In this document: piece by piece, positions 12,396 to 23,825 of the stretch
How the letters are laid out: each line of letters starts with the position of its first letter
How positions within the stretch are numbered: the first letter of the stretch is position 1
Source: Octopus sinensis
Taxonomy: Eukaryota
Length of the DNA: 64,000 nt
Assembly: GCF_006345805.1 (NCBI RefSeq)
Contig: NC_043012.1
Coordinates: forward strand, 54,684,001 to 54,748,000
Direction: 5' to 3'
The notes under the pieces: generated by a model
Databases searched by the model: none
What the model was told of the DNA's origin: nothing
The model's input: the letters and a program-made list of their open reading frames with translations, nothing else
Translations under genes and position numbers: made by a program

Positions 12396-12791
12396 TTTAA
12401 AAATATACAAGAAATATGCAAAACACAGAGACAGGTGAAAGAGCAACAAACAGAGTGTATTAGATGGTGAATATGCTCCAGAATAATCATTTAAAGATGG
12501 TTTTGTTACGTGTTGTTATTGTTTTTGTTGAATAAAATTTGTTGAAAAACTGCCGCAATAATTATGCACCAACCCAATAAATAAAGGTCATTACATATAT
12601 TTCCTCCATTGGAGTATATTTGGCTTACAGCTGTTTCGAGTAGACATTAGATGTTCATTACTGATTGGTTTATTCAATTGGTCTATTGATCAGTTGAGAA
12701 AAGTTGAATGACCTGAAAAATTAATGCTGCTTTGATCAGAGTCATTTCTGGTTATGTATGCATATGTTTTAAAATAATGTTGTATTTTCAG

Positions 12792-12953
12792 GTTACTAAC
12801 CAAACTGGAGGTTGTTATGTATTGCGATTTTCATAGTCACAGCCGAAAACACAATGCGTTTTTTATGGTTGTAAGAAACGTGGAAGGAAAGAAAGGAAAC
12901 TAGTCCAAGAAAAGGTTTTCCCATATCTGCTTGCTAAAAATACACCCGATCAT
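12792..12953 (+). CDS. CCP2/3-like exon with third Zn ligand (LLTKLEVVMYCDFHSHSRKHNAF[F]YGC...EKVFPYLLAKNTPDH); 1-nt frameshift as assembled
   Basis: ttcag acceptor, gtaagt donor; 162 nt where 163 is needed; homology resumes in the other frame after the T6 run at 12859-12864. Confidence 0.9.
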
Positions 12954-13182
12954 GTAAGTAGTTTATTTTTTTCTTAGTATTGTATAATAATTCTTTCTAC
13001 ATACTATAAGCTCATGGTCTGAAATCTTGAGGGGGGGGGGCTAGTTGGCTACATTAACCCCAGTGTGCAAAAGGATGAAAGACAAAGTCGCCCTTGACAG
13101 AATTTGAACTCAGAATGAAAGGTTGGAAGAAATGCCACTGAGCATTTGGCCTGGCATGCAAATGATTCTGCCAGCTCACCAT

Positions 13183-13217
<35 letters not shown>

Positions 13218-14994
13218 TGTTTAACGTCTGCTTTCCATTCTGGCATGGGTTGGATGGTTTGACTGAGGACTGGTGAGCCAGAGGCTGCACCAGGCCCAAT
13301 CTGATCTGGCAAAGTTTCTACAGCTGGATGCCCTTCCTAACGCCAACCACTCCGAGAGTGTAGTGGGTGTTTTTACATGACACCAGCATGAGAGCCAGAC
13401 AGGCAGTTCTGGCAACGACCATGCTCAAAAGGTGGTTTTTGAGTGCTACCTGCACAGTGGCCAGTCTGGCAGCACTGGCAACAACCATGCTCAAATGTTG
13501 TTTCCCATGTACTGGTAGGGCATGCTTTTAACGTTCCACTGGCGCAAGTGCCAATCAAACAGTACTGTGATCAACCACGTCAGTGATTTTGATTTGTTTT
13601 TACTTGCCTCAATAAGTCTTCACAAGCAAAGTTCATTGTCCAATGAATGAGGGATACTTATAAGTGGGCCGGTTACACCCACATTTGGATGTGCTTTTAA
13701 TGTTCCACTGGCACAAGTGCCAATCAGGCGGTACTGTCATCAGCCATGACAGCGATTTTGAATCATAATAATAATAATAAGGGTAGCAAGCTAGCAGAAT
13801 CATTAGCACACCGGGTAAAATGCTTAGCAGTATAACGTCTGTCGTTATGTTCTGAGTTCAAATTCCGCCGAGGTCTACTTTGCCTTTCATCCTTTCAGGG
13901 TCAATTAAATAAGTACCAGTTACACATTGGAGTTGATGTAATCGACTTAATCCCTTTGTCTGTCCTTGTTTGTTCCCTCTATGCTTAGCCCCGTGTGCAA
14001 TAAATAAGTAATAATAATATTATTATATATTTATTTAAGGCCTGAAATTTGTGGGGAGGGACTAGTCAATCACATCCGCCTTATTGTTTAATTGGTACTT
14101 ATTTTATTGACCTTGAAAGGATGAAAGGCAAAGTTGACCTCAGTAGAATTTGAACTCAGAACATGAAGATGGATGAAATTCCACTAAGCAATTTCCCTAG
14201 TGTGCTAACAATTCTACCAACTTGCCACTTTAATAATAAAATATTTTAATTACAAATTAATTAACCACTGATTAAAAAATTTTTTTTCTACGTAGGAACA
14301 GACCACAAATATGAGGGATGAGTATTATAGATTAAATCTTCCCTCTTCCTCAGTTTGTACTTATTTTAGTGACACCAGAAGGATGAGAAACCAAGCTCGA
14401 CATAGCTGGATTTGAACTTGTGGCATAAATTTATGTGAATAAGCACCACAAGTCATTTTGTCTGAGCTCTACTAATTCTGCCACTCCACTCATCATCATC
14501 ATTATCATCATCATCATTTTAACGTCCACTTTTCCATGCTTGCATGGATCAGACAGAGTTTACTGAGGCAGATTATCTTCAGCCAGATGCTTTTCCTGTC
14601 ACCAACCCTCGTCTGTTTCCAAGCAAGATAATCTCTTCCCATGGCCAGACCAGTTTTCGCAGAATATTGGAAATGAATGACACTGTTTGTATGATTGTAA
14701 CACTCATTTACAACCACCATACAGCATCAAGACAAGGAGACACAAACATTTACAATACCTTAATAAATCAATCAATTAATTGATTGATTAATTAATTATT
14801 CATTTTTAAGATGGACTCTTAATACTTGACTGCTTTATTGATTCTGGAAGGATGAAAGGCAAAATTAGCCTCAGCAGGATTTGAACTCGGAACATAAAGT
14901 GCTATAATCATATGCTACATGGTATTTTGTTGGACGCCCTTCTGATTGTGTGTATCTACATATGTGTGTGTGTGTGTGAGTGTATATATATATG

Positions 14995-15026
<32 letters not shown>

Positions 15027-15252
15027 ATATGCTCTCTGTTTCTCTTTTACATGTCTCAGTCATTTGACTGCGGTCATGCTGGAGCACCGCCTTTAGTGAA
15101 GCAAATCGACCCCAAGGTTTATTCTTTGTATGCCTAGTACTTATTCTATCGGTCTCTTTTGCTGAATCGCTAAGTTACAGGGACATAAACACACCACCAT
15201 CGGTTGTCAAGCGATGTTGGGGGGACAAACACAGACACACAAACATATACAA

Positions 15253-15291
<39 letters not shown>

Positions 15292-15499
15292 CATATATAC
15301 GACGGGCTTCTTTCAGTTTCCCTCTACCAAATCCTCACAAGGCTTTGGTTGGCCCAAGGCTATAGTAGAAGACACTTGCCCAAGGTGCCACGCAGTGGGA
15401 ATGAACCCGGAACCATGTGGTTGGTAAGCAAGCTACTTACCACACAGCCACTCCTGCACCTATAGCAAGCTACTTACCATACAGCCACTCCTGCGCCTA

Positions 15500-15538
<39 letters not shown>

Positions 15539-15542
15539 TACA

Positions 15543-17871
15543 CTGGAAATGTGCAGAGACCAACTTCTGCCACGTTCCAGGGAGACAAACTAGAAGTAGT
15601 TGATAGCTTCCGCTACCTAGGAGACCAAGTCAGTAGCGGGGGTGGGTGTGCTGAAAGTGTAACTGCTAGAGTAAGAATAGCCTGGGCAAAGTTTAGAGAG
15701 CTCTTACCCCTGCTGGTGACAAAAGGCCTCTCGCTCAGAGTAAAAGGCAGACTGTATGATGCATGTGTACGTACAGCCATGCTACATGGTAGTGAAACAT
15801 GGGCCGTGACTGCTGAGGATATGCGTAAGCTCGCAAGAAATGAAGCCAGTATGCTCCGATGGATGTGTAATGTCAGTGTTCATAATCGTCAGAGTGTAAG
15901 TTCCTTGAGAGAAAAGTTGAACCTAAGAAGCATCAGTTGTGGTGTGCAAGAGAGACGGCTGCGCTGGTATGGTCATGTGACGAGAAAGGCTGAAGATAGT
16001 TGTGTGCAAAAGTGCTACACCCTAGCAGTTGAGGGAACCTGTGGAAGAGGTAGACCCAGGAAAACCTGGGACGAGGTGGTGAAGCACGACCTTCGAACTT
16101 TAGGTCTCACTAAGGAAATGTCTAGAGACTGAGACCTATGGAAGTATGCTGTGCGTGAGAAGACCCGGCAAGACTAGTCAGGCCATAACCCGTGGCCCCT
16201 ACCTGGGACATAGTCAGTCCTCCTGTGCATACCTTCCTTCTTGTGACACTTATGAAGACCTGTTGAGGCAAGTGAAAATCAAATCAAAACAAATCAAAAT
16301 AGATGAACATCAGTGGAATTGTATTCTTTGTGGTACCAGTGCCGGTGGCACACAAGAAAACCACCCAAACGTGGCCGTAGCCAGTACCGCATCGACTGGC
16401 CTCCGTGCTGTGGGCACAACAAACACCATCCGATCGTGGCCGTTCGCCAGCCTCATCTGGCACCTGTGTCAGTGGCACATAAAGACACCATCCGAAGACC
16501 CGGCGACGTAGTCAGTCCACCTGTGCATACCTTCCCTCTTATGACACTTGTGAAGACCTGTTGAGGCAAGTGTGTGACACTTGTGAAGACCTGTTGAGGC
16601 AGAGGCAAGTGTGTGACACTTGTGGAGACCTGTTGAGGCAAGTGTGTGACACTTGTGAAGACCTGTTGAGGCAAGTGAAAATCAAACCAAATCAAAATAG
16701 ATGAACATCAATGGAATTTGTATCTTTGTGGTTCCAGTACCGGTGGCACACAAGAAAACCATCCGAACGTGGCCGTAGCCAGTACCGCATCGACTGGCCT
16801 CCGTGCTGTGGGCACAACAAACACCATCTGATCGTGGCTGTTCGCCAGCCTCATCTGGCACCTGTGTCGGTGGCACATAAAAACACCATCCGAAGACCCG
16901 GCGACGTAGTCAGTCCACCTGTGCATACCTTCCTACTTATGACACTTGTGAAGACCTGTTGCGGCAAGTGTGTGACACTTGTGTAGACCTGTTGAGGCAA
17001 CTGAAAATCAAATCAAATCAAATCAAACCAAATCAAAATAGATGAACATCAATGGAATCTGTATCTTTGTGGTACCAGTACCGTTGGCACACAAGAAAAC
17101 CATCCGAACGTGGCCGTAGCCAGTACCGCATCGACTGGCCTCTGTGACGTGGGCACATAACAAACACCATCCGATCGTGGCCGTTCGCCAGCCTCATCTG
17201 GCACCTGTGTCGGTGGCACATAAAAACACCAACCGAAGACCCGGCAAGACTAGTCAGGCCATAACCCGTGGCCCCTACTTGGGAAGTAGTCAGTCCACCT
17301 GTGCATACCTTCCTTCCTTCCTGTGACACTTGTGAAGACCTGTGAAGACCTGTTGAGGCAAGTGAAAATCAAATCAAAACAAATCAAAATAGATGAACAT
17401 CAATGGAATTTGTATCTTTGTGGTACCGGTGCCGGTGGCACACAAGAAAATCATCCGAACGTGGCCGTAGCCAGTACCGCATAGACTGGCCTCCGTGCTT
17501 TGGGGACGTAACAAACACCACCCGATCGTGACCGTCCGCCAGCCTCATCTGGCACCTGTGTCAGTGGCACATAAAAACACCATCCGAGCGTGGCCGTATG
17601 CCAGCCTCGTCTGGCACCTGTGTCGGTGGCACATAAAAACACCATCCGAGCGTGGCCGTTCGCCAGCCTCGTCTGGCACCTGTGTCGGTGGCACTTAAAA
17701 TCACCCACTACACTCTCGGAGTGGTTGGCGTTAGGAAGGGCATCCAGCTGTAGAAACACTGCCAGATCTGACTGGCCTGGTGCAGCCTTCGGGCTCCCCA
17801 GACCCCAGTTGAACCGTCCAACCCATGCTAGCATGGAAAACGGACGCTAAATGATGATGATGATGATGATG
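15543..17871 (+). mobile_element. 5'-truncated young RTE LINE: ORF C-terminus (15551-16132) plus reiterated 3'UTR
   Basis: 193-aa open frame FRYLGDQV...GRPRKTWDEVVKHDL; repeated UTR units; (atg)n tail. Confidence 0.9.
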
Positions 17872-18569
17872 ATATATATATATATATATATTTATGAGAT
17901 GACAAGAGACAGAGGTTTCTGGCAATTTGCTGTACTTGAGAAGACCCATCAAGCTAAGTAAAATCACAACCACCTGTGTATATTCTCACTCCCTCCCCTA
18001 GTCAAGAGGTCTTTATCTTCCAAGTGGCAGCACCACATAAAATGCACTTGTTCTGGTGCCATGTGAAATGCATTCATGCCAATAGCATGTATAAAGCACC
18101 CAACGCCTTCTGTAAAGCGGTTGGCATTAGGAAAGCATCCAGTCGCAGGAATCTTGCCAAGACAGATAATTGGAGCCCAGACAGCTTTCTGACTGGCCAG
18201 CTCCTGTCAAACCGTCCAACTCCTGTCAAACTGTCCAACTCATGTTAACATGGAAAATGGATGTTAAATGATGATACACATATATATTCGTAAATATAAT
18301 TTTTATATAACGAGGCTTCTAAATAGTTTCCATCTGTCAAATTTCACTCACAGTATGGTTAATCTGAAGCTATACTGCAAGACTGTGTCTCACTGTGGCA
18401 CTGAATTTGGAATCACGCAGATAGAAAGCAGACTGGTGTCCAATATATAAAATGTGTTCTTTGAAATTTTGAAAATTCCATGAAATCCATTCTTCTCTTA
18501 TGTTGTCCTTTTGGTTTTTGTACACAGACTTTTCTGTAGAATTTATTTCTCCTTTCTTCTTTGTTGCAG

Positions 18570-18671
18570 TTCCTGTTTAGTTCTTGCAAATTTAAAGTTC
18601 AACGGAGCAGAAAACGCACAAGTCGTGTAATTATGTGGAAACTTGGCATCAAAAATAGCTTTACGTTTGAG
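18570..18671 (+). CDS. CCP2/3-like exon ending at the catalytic Glu (FLFSSCKFKVQRSRKRTSRVIMWKLGIKNSFTFE)
   Basis: tgcag acceptor; 102 nt; the phase of the next exon requires the donor GAG|gctagt. Confidence 0.88.
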
Positions 18672-18734
18672 GCTAGTATTTTGTTTACTTGTTGTTTTGC
18701 TATTGTTGTTGTTGTTGTTGTTGCTGATGCTGAT

Positions 18735-19066
18735 TTGTTTGTTTGTTTGTTGAGCGAAGCAGTCTTCGTCCTCTTGGGAGAAGTCCGAAACGTGGTCCTT
18801 TGCTATTCGTAAGACCTGCAGAAGAGAAAGCAGGTCAACCCCCGACACCAAGAGCATCGATGGATCAACGGTTGCATAGGATGTTGGGGACAAGAAACAG
18901 GAAGAAAAAGTGAAAGTTGGAGCAAAAGAGTACAACAGGGGTCGCCACCACCCCCTGCCAGAGCCTCGTGGAGCTTTAGGTGTTTTCGCTCAATAAACAC
19001 ACACAACACCTAGTCTGGGAAATGAAACCGCGATCCTCCAACCGTGAGTCCGCTGCCCTAACCACT
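18735..19066 (-). mobile_element. tRNA-derived SINE, same head as family C but a different tail
   Basis: Reverse complement reads cagtggttagggcagcggactc..gtttcatttcccagac..; (caaa)n tail. Confidence 0.7.
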
Positions 19067-19208
19067 GATGCTGATACTGATGTTGCTGTTGTTGTTGTTA
19101 TTTAGCTTCAGGTCAGCCTTCATTGAACAGGCCTATGATTATACAGAACTTCCAGACTTAAATATCCCATAAATTTATGAATATTTAGGTCTACACTATC
19201 TGACATGT

Positions 19209-19518
19209 GGAAGCGCAATGGCCCAGTGGTTAGGGCAGCGGACTTGCAGTTGTAGGATACGTGGTTTCGATTTCCAGACTGGGCGTTGTGAGTGTTTATT
19301 GAGCAAAAACACCTAAAGCTCCACGAGGCTCCGACAGAGGGTGGTGGCGATCCCTGCTGTACTCTTTTGCCACAACTTTCTCTCACTCTTTCTTCTGTTG
19401 GCCTGCTCACTTAGCCAGCGGTGTGGCATCATTTGAAGGCTAAAACAATGCGAAGTGCATTGTGACCAGCGATATGTAGCAACATCTGATAGCCTGGTCG
19501 GTCATGGTGATCATGGTG
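19209..19518 (+). mobile_element. tRNA-derived SINE family C with TSD; second copy at 44663-44952
   Basis: TGGCCCAGTGG box A, GGTTTCGATTTCC box B; TSD actatctgacatgt at 19195-19208 and 19519-19532. Confidence 0.85.
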
Positions 19519-19710
19519 ACTATCTGACATGTCCTTTGCTTTGACAACGACCCATAGACTGTGGTCAAAGTGCATCCAAGAAATTGACTTTAGCAGATCA
19601 TTCAAAATTAATCTCTAACATAATGAAGATAAAACATATTTCAGTCACACACGTCTCACATTTCTTTTGTGGCTCAGTGTACATAGGCCTGTACCTACCA
19701 CTTAACCATA

Positions 19711-20574
19711 TAAGGTGGTATCAAAAAGTTCACTGATTAGTTTTGTAGCACACCAGCAGATGTCAGCACTTGGTTGTGTGCACAGTGAAAGCTAGAAGTG
19801 ACCTTTGTAAAGCAATGTGCTGAGTGACATTACTCTACTTCACAAGTTGTGAAATTTGTGTTTTTGTGATCCTGTGTATGCTGTAGTCTGTGATTTTGTC
19901 ATGGACAGGAACAAAGAGCCAAATTCTGTGTTAAATTTGGGAAGTCTGCTACAGAGACATTGAGCATGATTTGGCAAATTTACGGCGATGAGGCAATGGG
20001 TTGTACACAAGGTTTTGAGTGGTATGGGTGCTTCAAAAACAGAAGAGCATCTCTGGATGACCTACAACAAGCGTCACCCCTGGGAAATGTGGTATTGTGC
20101 ATTGAGAATTCATCCCCCAGGGCCAGACCATCAATCAAGAGTTCTACTGTGGTTTTGAAGCATTTGACGGAGGACATTTGGCTAAAGTGACTGGAACTGT
20201 GGGGTGCAAAGAACTGGATTCTTCCTCATGACAGTGTACCCTGTCTCCTCTCTTGTGAGTTTCTCACCAATAACAACATGGTGTCACTTCCACACCCACC
20301 CTATTCACCAGATTTAGCACCTGCAAACTTCCATCTCTTCCCCAAGTTGAAAATGCAGCTCAAAGGTCATTGTTGAAACCTGGAACAAATCACAGCAGGT
20401 CTTTGACTCACTTACAAAAAACAACCTCTAGGCCGGATTCCCAAACTGGCAGGAATACTGGGATCAACGCATAGCTGCACAAGGCGACTATTTTGAAGAT
20501 GATGTTAAAACTTAAGTAAATAAGTTATTTTTTATTAAACATAATTAGTCCAGGAACCTTTTGATATCACCTCA
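19711..20574 (+). mobile_element. Degenerate, internally deleted mariner transposon
   Basis: TIRs aggtggtatcaaaaagttc / gaaccttttgatatcacct; remnant HPPYSPDLAPANFHLFPKLK. Confidence 0.85.
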
Positions 20575-20641
20575 TTAGCCATGTCTGTGCCACCTGTAGT
20601 AATTATTCTAACAATGATTTGTTTTCTTGTTTTTTGAGCAG

Positions 20642-20767
20642 GTTTCTTGTTGTGGTTCTACTATTGGAGAGAAAAGAGGCTTCCACTTCAACACTCGTGA
20701 TTATGAACTGCTAGGAGTATCTTTCCTCCATACTCTTCTTGATTATGTTAACTTAGATAAATTTCAG
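20642..20767 (+). CDS. CCP2/3-like exon (VSCCGSTIGEKRGFHFNTRDYELLGVSFLHTLLDYVNLDKFQ)
   Basis: gcag acceptor, CAG|gtaaaa donor, 126 nt; matches the GST.G...HF...LG....TLLD end of the CP domain. Confidence 0.9.
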
Positions 20768-21239
20768 GTAAAAGTAATTTCACTTCTTTTCATCTAACCC
20801 TTTTGCTATCAATGTGCCAGAAACTGACCATGGTTCTCTGATACAAATTCCTTGTTTTATTGTGGTCTTAATTAAAACATTCCATCCAAAGTTCATGTTA
20901 AATTATATTCCAAACACATTAATAATCCTTTCTATTAAAGGCACAAGGTCTGAAATTTGGTGGGGTAGGGGGTGTTTATCTATTACACCGACCCCAGTGT
21001 TTCACTGGTACTTAGTTTATTGGCCCTGAAAGGATGAAAGGCAAAGTTGACCTCGGCAGAATTTGAACTCAGAACATAGACATGGATGAAATGCCACTAA
21101 GCATTCTGTCTGTCTTGCTAACAATTCTGCCAGCTCGCTGCCTTAAACTTTATAATAATAATAATAATAATAAATCTGTGCCCACACCCCAAGGAAAGCT
21201 GTCTCCAGTTCCACATGAGCTGTTGGCCTTGGGACCAAC

Positions 21240-21560
21240 TCTAGATTTCATCCTACAGGTGTTCAATTGGGTTCAAATCCGGGCTGAGAGCCAGCCACAG
21301 TATGGTTCTGATGTTGTGTTGATGCAGGAAGTCCATGGTGATCCTGGTCATGTGGGAGGGAGCATTATCCTGCTGGAACATGTGGCTATGGGGACATGTG
21401 AAGAAGCACATAATGTGAGGTCTTAAATATCTGGTCAATGTAGCACTGTGCTGTGATGCTATTCCCACTGCCTGCACCAACATTTTGGAACATACTGGGT
21501 CCATTTCTCTGATTCAGGCCTATAGCACCCCAAACTATGATGCTTTGGCCACCCCACGCG
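21240..21560 (-). mobile_element. Tc1 (DD34E-type) transposase remnant
   Basis: FQQDNAPSH...WLALSPDLNPIEHL. Confidence 0.8.
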
Positions 21561-21966
21561 TCTCCCTCTGAAATTTTGTGGGGGAGGGTAAGTCGATTAT
21601 ATCAACACCATGTTTCATTGGTACTTAATTTATTGATCCTGAAAGTATGAAAGGCAAAGTTGATCTCAGTGTCCTAACGTTTCTGCCAGCTCGCCGCCTT
21701 TAAATAATATATTTGTATATAATGATATGTATGTATGCATGTGTGTGTGTGTATAAATTAAAATAAAAAATTTTATTTTCGTCATAGAGTTACCAAAGGT
21801 TTTATATCCATGAAATCCAAAGCCTTGTAGACAGCTTGTCAGACTCCATACAAAGAATTAAAATTTTTGTTTTAATAATTACTGCTCTATTCTTTAGAGT
21901 GTGTTTCTTTTCTGATATAGGTTTTATTGACTATACATACATACATACATACATACATACATACAT

Positions 21967-22015
<49 letters not shown>

Positions 22016-22040
22016 TACATACATACATATATATATATAT

Positions 22041-22206
22041 AGGGAGAGTTTACGAAAAAAACAAAAGACGAAGACAGGTGGTGTACAAAACAAACAGATC
22101 TATTAGTATAACGCTCAGGAATAGAAAAAGTCTTTTACGTTTCGAGCCTATGCTCTTCTACAGAAAGTGACACAAAAAACAAGGAGAGAAAAAAAAAATG
22201 TGTGTA

Positions 22207-22210
<4 letters not shown>
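22041..22210 (-). mobile_element. Short repeat in TA microsatellite carrying a hammerhead-like motif (22132-22167); relatives at 34320-34520, 52555-52720, 54008-54200
   Basis: Minus strand: cttt-CTGTAGA-a-gagc(atag)gctc-GAAA-cg-TA-aaag. Confidence 0.6.
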
Positions 22211-22247
<37 letters not shown>

Positions 22248-22250
<3 letters not shown>

Positions 22251-22537
22251 ATAAAATGGTAAGATAACAAAAGAAAGAAGAGACCTCAATATTATGTAAA
22301 TAGAGGAAATTTATCTATACAATAATATGTTACTTTACTCGGTAGTCAAGATAAAACTCTGAATTTCAGATGCCGAAGTGGAAATCCACAACACTATCTC
22401 TTCGGTTATCTGGCTATTTGAAAACGCCTCAGAGCGTTTTCAAATAGCCAGATAACCAAAGAGATGGTGTTGTGGATTTCCACTTCGGCATCTGAAATTC
22501 AGAGTTTTATCTTGACTACCGAGTAAAGTAACATATT

Positions 22538-22545
<8 letters not shown>
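22248..22545. repeat. Fold-back element (~115-bp arms, almost no loop) in (TA)n
   Basis: 22316-22427 is the reverse complement of 22434-22545. Confidence 0.8.
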
Positions 22546-22574
<29 letters not shown>

Positions 22575-23601
22575 TATATACATACACATACATATACATA
22601 CATATATATATTTATATATCCATGTCCATTCATCGAGGGTATGGGCCTAAGAACAGTGGGTGCAAGTGCACCTAAAATTTTGGGAAGGTGAAAAATAAAA
22701 ATTGGCACCCCTACATATTTTTCTCGGGTTTAGAAAACTGTGTAAAAAGCAATCTGTAAAAAAGTAACTTCAAGTTAGGTTTCTTCTCAAAGAGCAACAA
22801 AAAAAAAAAACAAAGATAAAACAATAAAACCTTGTTTGTAAAAAATTTTGGACCTAGTTTTGCACTCCCTAAGCAAATTTCATTCCTGAGCCAGTGGTCC
22901 AGGGTGCCATGGTCAAATCATCAACACCTGATGACATCTTGTATTTTCAAGATTTGGGATAATAGTCTCACAAGGCTTTGGCTGGCTTTCTCTCTTTTAC
23001 TTGTTTGAGTCATTTGACTGCGTCCATGCTGGAGCACCGCCTTTAGTCGAGCAAGTCGACCCCAGGACTTATTCATTGTAAGCCTAGTACTTATTCTATC
23101 GGCCTCTTTTGCCAAACCGCTAAGTTGCGGGGACGTAAACACACTAGCATCAGTTGTCAAGTAATGTTGGGGGGACAAATACAGACACACAAACATATAT
23201 ACATGCACACACACACACACATATATATATACGACGGGCTTCTTTCAGTTTCCCTCTACCAAATCCACTCACAAGGCTTTGGTCAGCCCGAGGCTATAGT
23301 AGCAGACACTTGCCAAAGGTGCCACACAGTGGGACTGAACCCGGAACCATGTGGTTGGTAAGCAAGCTACTTACCACACAGCCACTTTGTAGAAGGCACT
23401 TGCCCAAGGTGCCATGTAGTAGGACTGAACCTGAAACTATGTAGTTGGGAAGCAAACTTCTTAACTACACATCCCTACTTGCACCAAAATGGTAGTGGGG
23501 CGGGGTGGGGTTAAATGCCATAAATTCCAATGAAATGAATCCTCTGTTCTGGTGTATTCTACCCGTATTTCAACAACGTTCTATTCTTGCTTTCTTACCA
23601 G

Positions 23602-23765
23602 ATAAACTGTTTGTTTGACGAACTTAAAAATACACTGAAAAAGGAAGAACTGAAGAAAGAAGAAAAGGAATTGTGTGCAGGAGACCACCCAACCTCTGAA
23701 GACGAAGATGAAGATGAAGACGTGGAAGAGGAAGAGGAAGATGAAGATGAAGATGAAGAAGAAGC

Positions 23766-23798
<33 letters not shown>

Positions 23799-23825
23799 AG
23801 AAGGAACTAAGTTATTTGAATCTAG
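23602..23825 (+). CDS. CCP2/3-like exon with long Glu/Asp tract (INCLFDELKNTLKKEE...EDEDEDEDVEEEEE...KLFES)
   Basis: ccag acceptor, AG|gtattc donor, 224 nt, phase 0-2; open frame. Confidence 0.85.

Noticed and set aside
12622-12668. GAAACAGCTGTA on the minus strand, like a hammerhead stem III
   Set aside because: No convincing CUGANGA strand or stems I/II; at most a very decayed remnant.
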